32,994 nucleotides of DNA from Spirogloea muscicola (Eukaryota): contig WELB01000001.1 in the NCBI GenBank assembly GCA_009602725.1, forward strand, positions 2,286,560 through 2,319,553. Reading direction: 5' to 3'. Each line of letters begins with the position of its first letter. Position 1 is the stretch's first letter. Of the stretch, positions 24,570 to 32,994 are shown one piece after another. The notes below the pieces were generated by a model, which was given only the letters and a program-made list of their open reading frames with translations, was not told where the DNA came from and did not search any database. The position numbers were made by a program, and so were the translations under genes.

Positions 24570-26844
24570 NNNNNNNNNNNNNNNNNNNNNNNNNNNNNNN
24601 NNNNNNNNNNNNNNNNNNNNNNNNNNNNNNNNNNNNNNNNNNNNNNNNNNNNNNNNNNNNNNNNNNNNNNNNNNNNNNNNNNNNNNNNNNNNNNNNNNNN
24701 NNNNNNNNNNNNNNNNNNNNNNNNNNNNNNNNNNNNNNNNNNNNNNNNNNNNNNNNNNNNNNNNNNNNNNNNNNNNNNNNNNNNNNNNNNNNNNNNNNNN
24801 NNNNNNNNNNNNNNNNNNNNNNNNNNNNNNNNNNNNNNNNNNNNNNNNNNNNNNNNNNNNNNNNNNNNNNNNNNNNNNNNNNNNNNNNNNNNNNNNNNNN
24901 NNNNNNNNNNNNNNNNNNNNNNNNNNNNNNNNNNNNNNNNNNNNNNNNNNNNNNNNNNNNNNNNNNNNNNNNNNNNNNNNNNNNNNNNNNNNNNNNNNNN
25001 NNNNNNNNNNNNNNNNNNNNNNNNNNNNNNNNNNNNNNNNNNNNNNNNNNNNNNNNNNNNNNNNNNNNNNNNNNNNNNNNNNNNNNNNNNNNNNNNNNNN
25101 NNNNNNNNNNNNNNNNNNNNNNNNNNNNNNNNNNNNNNNNNNNNNNNNNNNNNNNNNNNNNNNNNNNNNNNNNNNNNNNNNNNNNNNNNNNNNNNNNNNN
25201 NNNNNNNNNNNNNNNNNNNNNNNNNNNNNNNNNNNNNNNNNNNNNNNNNNNNNNNNNNNNNNNNNNNNNNNNNNNNNNNNNNNNNNNNNNNNNNNNNNNN
25301 NNNNNNNNNNNNNNNNNNNNNNNNNNNNNNNNNNNNNNNNNNNNNNNNNNNNNNNNNNNNNNNNNNNNNNNNNNNNNNNNNNNNNNNNNNNNNNNNNNNN
25401 NNNNNNNNNNNNNNNNNNNNNNNNNNNNNNNNNNNNNNNNNNNNNNNNNNNNNNNNNNCGCTGCCCGGGGCGCCGGCCGCGCGGTCATGGCCGCGCCGGC
25501 GGTGGCATGGGCCCCGCGCGGCCTCTCACAAGCGCGCCTATCCCCTTTCGCGTCGTTGGCCGTGTAGGCGAGGCTCCGCGCTGCCGCGCAGGCTCGCCGG
25601 AAGCCGCCGCCGGGCGCGGGTGCCGCAGCCCTGCCGGTGGCCGGAGAAGGTCAGTCCGCGCACCAACTCCTGGGGTTCAATCCCCTCAAGCCCTCTGGGG
25701 CCTCCATGGCCGAGCTCCAGGCCGACATTCCGAGGCATCGCAGACCGCCGAGGGCTTCTGGAAATGGCGGTCCTCCGCGGTCCGGCATGGCGCTTTGTCC
25801 CATCTTGCCACGAGCCGGTAGCGGCAAATGCGAAACCGCTGACTGGCTGCCTGGCGGCTGCGGTGCGGCTGCAGGCGCGGTGGCGACGAGGCTGCCGCTG
25901 CAGGAGCTGCAGGAGCGGCAGCACCGCGAGCGAGACGCCGTGAGCCACCTACGCCCTTGATTGGACCCCTAGCTCTACATCTTACACCCTAACCAAACAA
26001 CCCCACACGTTGGGCCCCCGTACCTCTTCATAACCTCCTCGTCTGTACAATGCCTCCGCCTGTGGGCTCTGCCTCACAGCAAGGTCGGCATGGCAAGCGT
26101 TTAGCGTGCCAGTCTATTCGTTGACAGTCTTGTTGGTCCGCTCAAGGGCTCTCAGTGACTCGGTCGACACATGATTGGCATCACATCTGACCTCGGGAGG
26201 CTCACTTAGTTGCACCTCCTTAATTACTTTCCCCCCCGAGCTCGCGAGATGGAGCCGAGTGATTGCCAATAGCGTGAGTCGGCAGTCAAAAGATTGCCAT
26301 GATAAAGTTGCAGAGGACGGTAGCCTTGGACAGGATTAATAGAGCCCTCTACACTGTGCCCTTGTCCAGGCAGTGCAGGCCGCAGTCTTCTTCACAGACG
26401 GAGCCGATGCTGCACCAGCCACAATGCACGCAGAGCCGGCGGAGGCACGCCCTGGCCCTCCTGGCAGTCGTCCTGGAGATGAGGAAGAGGAGGAGGACGA
26501 GGATGACGATGAGGTTGGTGACTGTTAGAACGTACATTGCACATCACTGAGCCCCAGACTGTTTACGAAGTGCTGAATTTTCTTAAGGAGGAGGGAGGTT
26601 GGTCGCATGTAAACAAGAGGTTGAAACGTCTCAGTGTTGGGTCAGGAAGATATTGAGGCCATGTCAGGTTATACAATTAACGTAGTAGTTTGCCGTTTGG
26701 ACGGACAGCAATGTAAGGAACTTAGCTTGGAGGCTCGTACTTGTCAGGGCTGCGTTGCCTGAGCTCCACCGAACGAGCACCTACTTGTGGCAGGACCCCA
26801 GTTCAGCCACGCTCCCGCCGGCACTCCTGGAGGAGGAGGCCACG

Positions 26845-29800
26845 ATGGGCTTCCGGGCTGCGTTTCCGCTTTCGTTCGGCAAGCAAGAGGGCAAGGCCGT
26901 GCCGCTCGAGAAGGCTGTGTCGACGACCAGGCGAGAAAGTGGCGATGGGAAGAACAAAGTGGCCTCGGCTCCAACCACAATAAGGATCAGAACCGACTCA
27001 GCCGGTTTGCCGACTGCAAATAGTGGGCGTGAAGGCCAGCCTGGGGCAGGCAATGCGAGCGCCGACTCTGCGGCCCCACGCATGGGTGCAAGCGCAGCTG
27101 GAAGCGGCAACGGGGTCTTCCTTGGGGCTCCAAGGCCGCTACCCCATGAAGCAGCTCCATCTGTGAACAATGTCGAAGGTGACAGTGAGGATGAGGATGA
27201 TGATCACAGCGCCGGAGATGATGAGGACGAATACCGTGTGCCCGTGAGCAACGAGGTCGTGCTGCGGGGCCACTCCAAGGTGGTGTCAGCACTGGCTGTC
27301 GACCCAACGGGCTCGCGCGTGCTCACAGGCAGCTACGATTACACTGTCCGCATGTACGACTTTGAGGGCATGGACAGCAAGCTGCGATCGTTCCGCCAGC
27401 TGGAGCCGTCTGAGGGCCATCAAGTGCGTGCGCTCTCGTGGAGCCCGTCTGCGGACCTCTTCCTCGCTGTCACGGGGTCTGCCCAGGCCAAGGTGCACTG
27501 CCCGCCATCCAAGGGGTTGTCCTTGGCCAGCAGCAGATGTTGTATATCATGTGGTCGTGATATACAATCTCTCTTGGAGTAAATCCATGGCAACCATTGC
27601 GATATTGCATGCCTACGTTGTGCAATGTGTGCCCGCTTGTGCCTAAGCTGCATAGTCAACCCCTGGATGTGGGCTATGTTGGTCAAGGTTTCTCCTCTGC
27701 GTGCTGCTACTTGCGCTTCTGTGTGCCAATCTAGCCTGAAACCATGACCGGCGCCGTGCAGGTCTATGACCGAGATGGATACACACAAGGAGAGTTTCTC
27801 AGAGGTGACATGTACATAAGAGACCTGAAGAACACCAAGGGCCATCTCTCGGGCCTCACCGGTGGCGAGTGGCATCCCCGTGAGCGCCACACAGCGTTGA
27901 CATGCTCCGAAGACGGCTCGCTCCGCATCTGGGATGTGACCAACTTTAAGACGCAGAAGCAGGTCGGCGTCAACTTTCATCACTTCAATACCGTCTCACA
28001 ACGACTTGCACTGTGAGGTCCCATTTATGTGCCCATTCATGATCACCCAGTAAGTATTTGGTGCAGTATCCACTTGCACCAATGCCCTTTTGCAATGCAG
28101 GACACGCCTACGTCACACTAGCTCATCGGGCTTACATTGCCCCATGGAATGCAGGTCATCAAGCCTAAGTTGGCAAGGCCAGGCCGTGTTCCAGTCAATT
28201 CCTGCACTTGGGGCCATGGAGGGAAGTGCATTGCTGGAGGGCTTGGAGACGGTTCTATCCAGGTGAGCTTTGCTCCCAAGCACGTCAGCAGACTCTTATA
28301 GCAGCAGCCCGTCTGAAGGGCTTGTCCCGTGAAAAGCTTGCTTGTTGCCACTTCCCTGACCAGTGCTTGCCTCGTGTATTGGTCGCTGCACTTCCTCGTC
28401 TAAAAGCAGCTGTTTCTTTGGGACAAGGCAGGTGTGGAATGTGAAGGCTGGCTTTGGAAGCAGGCCTGATCTCCATGCCTCATCAGCACACGAGGCTGGC
28501 GAAGAAGTCACAAGCATCGTATTTTCTAGTGATGGCACTCTGCTGCTGTCTAGGGGCACGGATGGCACTCTGAAGGTGGTCTAAGAGACTTACCCTGTAT
28601 AAGTTACTGATCGACCTCTGGCATCTTATATAGCTTGCTTGAAACGTCACTCGCAAGTTGCTTGAAACGTCACTCGCAAGTTGCAAGTCAAAGCATGCTG
28701 AAGAGGGTCTGACGTTTGTAGTGTCTCTTTGACATTGTAGGTGTGGGACACACGCAAGTTCAAGTCTCCTGTCAAGGAGTTCACTGGCCTTCCCAACTCA
28801 TACTCCCAGACGAATATTGCGTGGAGTCCGGATGAGAGGCTGGCGGTCACCGCTGTCTCGAGCGAAAAGGGCTCTGAGAGTGGCGGAGGCCAGCTGGCTT
28901 TCTTCGACATAGAGCGGTTGGAGTGCGTGAGGAGGGTGGGCATTCACCCTGTGCACAGCGTCGTTAGGGTTGCATGGCACCCACGCCTCAACCAGGTACG
29001 TTAGTATGTCTGCAGTTCAGGTAACGCAAAAGTGCAAGACACAGGCTTCCGTTTAGCATCATGCTCAGTTGCTCTAATACTGTATGGGCATACATCATTC
29101 ACCTGAGCTCATCAGATGAGTTGCCGTGTGGTCGCGGGAGGGCACCAGCTCGCCTAAGACGACCTGCCCAGTTGATCACCTTCGTATGCATCCACTCGTG
29201 CACAGATCTTTGTAACTACTGGGGACAAAAAGGAAGGGGGGACACACATCTTGTACGATCCAGCCCTCAGCGAGCGTGGCGCACTTGTTTGCGTTGCTCG
29301 GGCGCCTCGCAAGAAAAGCGCCGTCGACTTCCAAGCAAGGCCCGCCATCCACAACCCCCACGCTCTGCCCCTGTTCCGCGAGGAGCCGGGGAGAAAGCGG
29401 CAGCGAGAGAAGGCCAGAAGTGACCCCATCAAGAGCAAGCGGCCCGACCTCCCCATGGAAGGGGCCGGCCATGGCGGCAGGGTGGGCAAGTCAAAGGGTA
29501 GCCTGCTAACTCAGTACCTGCTCAAGGTAAGTGTGCTGGTACTTTTCAATACATCACTTGGTTCTGCATAGAGGTTGTCATGCATGTTCAGTAATTCACA
29601 GCAATATCTTGTTGCCCCTATTCATGCTATCTGTTATCTGCCTGCAAGATGATAGATCGCAGCTGTTGCACTTTGATGAATGTCACTTAATCTTAGTCCC
29701 TGAGGTGGTGTTTGAGGGAATGCAGGAAGGTGGCCTTATCAAGGAAACCTGGATGGAGGAGGACCCTCGGGAAGCTATTCTGCGGCATGCAGAGGCTGCT

Positions 29801-29893
29801 GCTGCAGACCCACAGATCATCGCCCCTGCCTATGCACAGACACAGCCCAAGCCTGTCTTCCAGGAAGAGGAAGAGGAGGATGAGGATCACTGA
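26845..29893 (+). CDS. WDR70: WD40-repeat protein WDR70 / gastrulation-defective-1 homolog (may extend 5' to ~25600)
   Basis: Exons 26794/26845-27492, 27762-27962, 28155-28262, 28432-28575, 28741-28995, 29206-29526, 29726-29893, all GT-AG and phase-compatible. Motifs FRAAFPLSFGKQ, VPVSNEVVLRGHSKVVSALAVDPTGSRVLTGSYDY, GDMYIRDLKNTKGH, IHNPHALPLFR, RSDPIKSKRPDLP and WMEEDPREAILRHA. Confidence 0.93.
28635..28684. repeat. 23-bp tandem duplication in a WDR70 intron
   Basis: ttgcttgaaacgtcactcgcaag x2 + ttgc. Confidence 0.9.
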
Positions 29894-30256
29894 TAGCAAA
29901 GGTTGCAAGCACACAGACGGCACAACCCATGGACGTCAAGGTGGTCATGGTGTGCTTATGCATCTCGTCAGGTGTCCAAGGTTCTGCTCGCTGACCCATG
30001 CTTCAGAAATGTTTTATGTCTTAGAGTTTTGACATGCGCTCGTAGCACCGGTTTACACAGAAATGGTGTGTTCATACTGCAAGGGGCTTTGCTGGCGAGC
30101 TCTTGTCTCAAAGGCTGTGATGAACCTTCACCTATAGACAGAGCAGCTTATTTTGCAGCAAGTGGATTGTTGCAGTGGCTCCAAGGTTGTGCTGCGCACC
30201 GGAAGGACACAATACGTGGGGTTTGTGTGAGGGTGCCGCCTCCGGAAGGCAAGCCA

Positions 30257-30338
30257 TGGCAAGCTGGCCAGCCAGCAGCATCTTTAAGCACATCAAGCAG
30301 TGGCGAGCTGGCCAGCCAGCAGCATCTTTAAGCACATC
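30257..30338. repeat. 44-bp period tandem duplication
   Basis: tggc(a/g)agctggccagccagcagcatctttaagcacatc at 30257 and 30301. Confidence 0.9.
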
Positions 30339-31402
30339 CTGTGCACGAGCTTTGGGAGGGCGCTCCCTGGATGGAGAAGCTTAGAGCAATGTGAGCGTCA
30401 GGGTGACGCTGTCTCGGCTTGGGAGCTGCCGCTGACTCCGCTGCTCGCTTGCAGCAACACCTCAGCAATTACCTGAAAGCACGAGCTAATAGCAACCTGC
30501 CAGATGCTGAGTCTGGTTGAGGAAGGAAGATGACTGTCCGACTGTACGATGACACTCATACATGCCATTGCAAGTGTCTGTATGGGCAAGATTCCGTCTG
30601 TGCATTGTACAGGTGCACATATGTCCCTGCACTTATCATGGACATATGTACACAGTTGTCATACACAGAGCAAAATTCTCATGGACAGCTCTCCAGCTGC
30701 TCCCCTACCCGACGCTGCACACTGCAGGCCGCTGTGCATAATACACTTAAAAAAAGCATCACATGAGATGAGGAATGGTTGAGGAATGATTGAGGAATGA
30801 CAAGGGTCCAAGGGGTCGCATAGTTTGCACAGGAGGCTGCGCCAAGCAGCTGTAGCAGGCACTGAAGAGCGCAGGCTGCGCTCTTGACAACACCATGGCA
30901 GGCGCACTATATCAGTCTGGCTCCGCCAGCATGTCAAAAGCCGTAGCAGAGCTGCAGGGCTGCTTGCTCCCTCAACGCTCGCTCCTCAACACAGCGCCAG
31001 CGCTCTTCACCCACTTCGCCGCTCGAGCACCTCTTAGCTTTCCAGCACTGGGAAGGGGATGAAAGCGCGGACGTTGTGGTAGCCCACGCAGCTGGCAATG
31101 GCAGCGGGGCCTTCCTTGAGCCTCCCAGGTCGCTACCTAAGAAATAGCACTGTCTGTGGACGACGACAAAGGGATACCGTGGACAAGGATGACGAGCGCA
31201 GTGCAGGAGAGGAGGACGAGTACTGTGTGGTGGTGAGCAATGAGGTCGTGCTGCAGGGCCACTCCAAGGTGGTGTCGGCACTGGTAGTCGACCCGAAGGG
31301 CTCGTGCGTGCTCACAGGCAGCTACAGTCACTGTCCGCACGTACAACTTCGAGGGTATGGACAGCATGGCATGGAGGTCGTTCTGCCTGCTGGAGCCATC
31401 AG

Positions 31403-31609
31403 GAGAAGTGGCACTCCCAATAGGGGCAAGGGTTGCGAAAAGCCAGCCAAAACAGAGTTGACAAAGGTTCGGAGGGGCCTACAAGCAATGAGCAGCTACA
31501 AAAGGGCCTGAAGATGCTTTGTCAGAATCAGAACAGGGGGAGGATGGATCACTCAGTAGTTACGAGTGAGGAGCCTCAGATCCGAAAGACTAGCTGCCGG
31601 AAAGTATTC
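31403..31609 (-). mobile_element. 207-bp 5'-truncated retroelement insertion with 7-bp TSD
   Basis: Interrupts the WDR70 copy and is flanked by CCATCAG (31396-31402, 31610-31616). Encodes ASLSDLRLLTRNY* (stop 31553-31555). No poly(A). Confidence 0.88.
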
Positions 31610-31711
31610 CCATCAGAGGGCCACCAAGAGCGTGCGCTCTTATGGTGCCCGTCTACCGACCTCTTCCTCGCCGTCACAGGTCTGCCCAATCAAAGGTGTA
31701 CTGCCCGCCAC

Positions 31712-32461
31712 AAATTATACCGACGTGCACACGACCTGCTGCGGAATACGTTTGGCATCTTGGTCGAGGCCGGTTTACACGGTGCTCGAGAATACCTCGC
31801 TCGAGAATACCAGCATGCCTCCGACCGTCGGGGCGGATGGCTGCATCCACACCCGGCGCGCCGATCTCGTCGCCAGCGCGTTCGGCGGGGGGCCCCGGCT
31901 CATCGCCGACGTTGTCATGACTGACTGCTTTGTTTCCAGCAGCGCCAAACGCTCGTTGGAGGAGGCGGGCTACGCAGTCTGCCAAGCGGCGGGCGCAAAG
32001 GCACGGAAATACTCGGACCACCTGGTGGGAGACGAGTTTGTTCCACTGGCAGTCGACGTGCACGGAGCCTTGGGCACAAAATGGCTTGACTTGCTTCACC
32101 ACCTTGCGCGGCGTGCAGCGGCCCGCCGCCTCGGGCAGCAGGGCGAGCAGCCCGGCTTCAATGTCGCCGGGCCCCTCGCTCAAATCTTCCGTATGCCTTT
32201 GGCCATCTCGATGCAGCGGTCCCTTGCCTTCACGGTTCACTTGCGCGCCGGCCGAGCTTTGGCGGTGGCCTCCGGCTGCCGTCAGGGCGACGTCTTTTCG
32301 CTGGCTAGCTACTCAGACTTGCATTTCCTGACTAGAGGTTACTGAGCGTTCTCTGGCTGATGTCTTTGTCCTAGTCCTTCGCACTCCGGCTCCTTCAGAC
32401 CTTGTCCATTCCTTTGGGCTGAACTTTCTCAGCCACCAGTCAATCTGGCCGCGCTTTCTTC
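31712..32461 (+). mobile_element. 5'-truncated RLE-type non-LTR retrotransposon (CRE-like), longest copy in window
   Basis: RRAHDLLRNTF..EAG, then a frameshift, then RRADLVASAFGGGPRLIADVVMTD..AAGAKARKYSDH..DEFVPLAVDVHGALG..LAISMQRS..HLRAGRALA..SDLHFLTRGY* (stop 32343-32345). This is the RHD / PD..D..K / FVPLA.E.G layout of RLE endonucleases. It is followed by a ~115-nt tail with a gggctg..cagcc hairpin ending ctttcttc. Confidence 0.8.
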
Positions 32462-32774
32462 GTGCAGCAGTGCAGACACTTTTCTAGTCACATGGTGATG
32501 GTGCTAAGTCAAGGAATGATGCTGGCAACCATCGCGAGACTGCATGCATGGATGTGCATCATGCACAATCGGCCTCTGGAGGTGGATTGTGCTGGCCGCA
32601 GTGGTCCCCGAGCGTGCTGCTAATGAAACTTTCATGTGACGGCCTAGCTGGACTTGACGAATGCCCCCTTTGGATGAGCTTACAATCGGACCATGTTCTG
32701 TCCTTGTGGGCTGGTGTGATGGCTACGTCACTTAGCAGCTATAGGTAGCCTAATCGTCTAATAACTAGAAGTAA

Positions 32775-32960
32775 AGTAGAGAGAAAGACGTTTCCAGGAG
32801 AGGGCGGTGGCTGGGAGAGGCCAGCCCAGAAAACGAATCAAGAAAGTTCGTAGGGGCCAGGGAAACCGCTGAAGAGAGGGGCTCGCCCATGGAGGATAGG
32901 GGCTGGGAAAAGCCAGCCCAAAAAAGAAAGAACGAAGGACGAGAAGGTGTAAGGAACCTC
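32775..32960 (-). repeat. Two head-to-tail retroelement tails of different subtypes
   Basis: 32790-32830 matches the reverse complement of 18590-18640. 32880-32948 matches 17975-18040. Confidence 0.75.
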
Positions 32961-32994
32961 GCCCTACACACGCAGTTAGGGTGAGCAGTCCTTC

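Larger units (their letters stand above)
31060..32560 (+). pseudogene. Degenerate partial genomic duplicate of WDR70 (exon ~27050-27492 plus following intron), interrupted by two retroelement insertions
   Basis: 31085-31402 and 31610-31710 align to 27090-27507 (VSNEVVLQGHSKVVSALVVDPKGSCVLTGSY; PSEGHQERALLWCPSTDLFLAVTG) with stops and frameshifts. The intron start gtgcactgcccgcca is copied as gtgtactgcccgcca. Intron sequence tggcaaccattgcgatattgcatgc (27586) reappears as tggcaaccatcgcgagactgcatgc (32523). Confidence 0.85.

Noticed and set aside
25986..25996. Telomere-like ccctaa/ttaggg words (also 28963, 32975)
   Set aside because: Single isolated units are expected by chance.

Overview
Eukaryotic, GC-rich, intron-dense genomic scaffold with three N-gaps. 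The gene content looks like a streptophyte green alga (inference). Six host genes can be spliced together by eye: a STELLO-type glycosyltransferase (+), a convergent GT31 beta-1,3-galactosyltransferase (-), a LAZ1/TMEM184 membrane protein (-), an Alba nucleic-acid-binding protein (+), an At4g00755-like F-box protein (-) and WDR70 (+). A degenerate partial duplicate of WDR70 follows. The main unexplained structure is a family of 5'-truncated non-LTR retroelements with a C-terminal restriction-like endonuclease (RLE) ORF ending ...SDLxxLTR[G/N]Y*. They have no poly(A) tail. Most end in a GGGCTG-N8-CAGCCC hairpin plus a pyrimidine-rich end, and a second tail type folds over the stop codon. Tail pieces as short as about 38 bp are inserted with their own 7-13 bp target-site duplications (TSDs), mostly into each other. 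This builds nested arrays and repeated head-to-head pairs, one of which is bounded by a single TSD.
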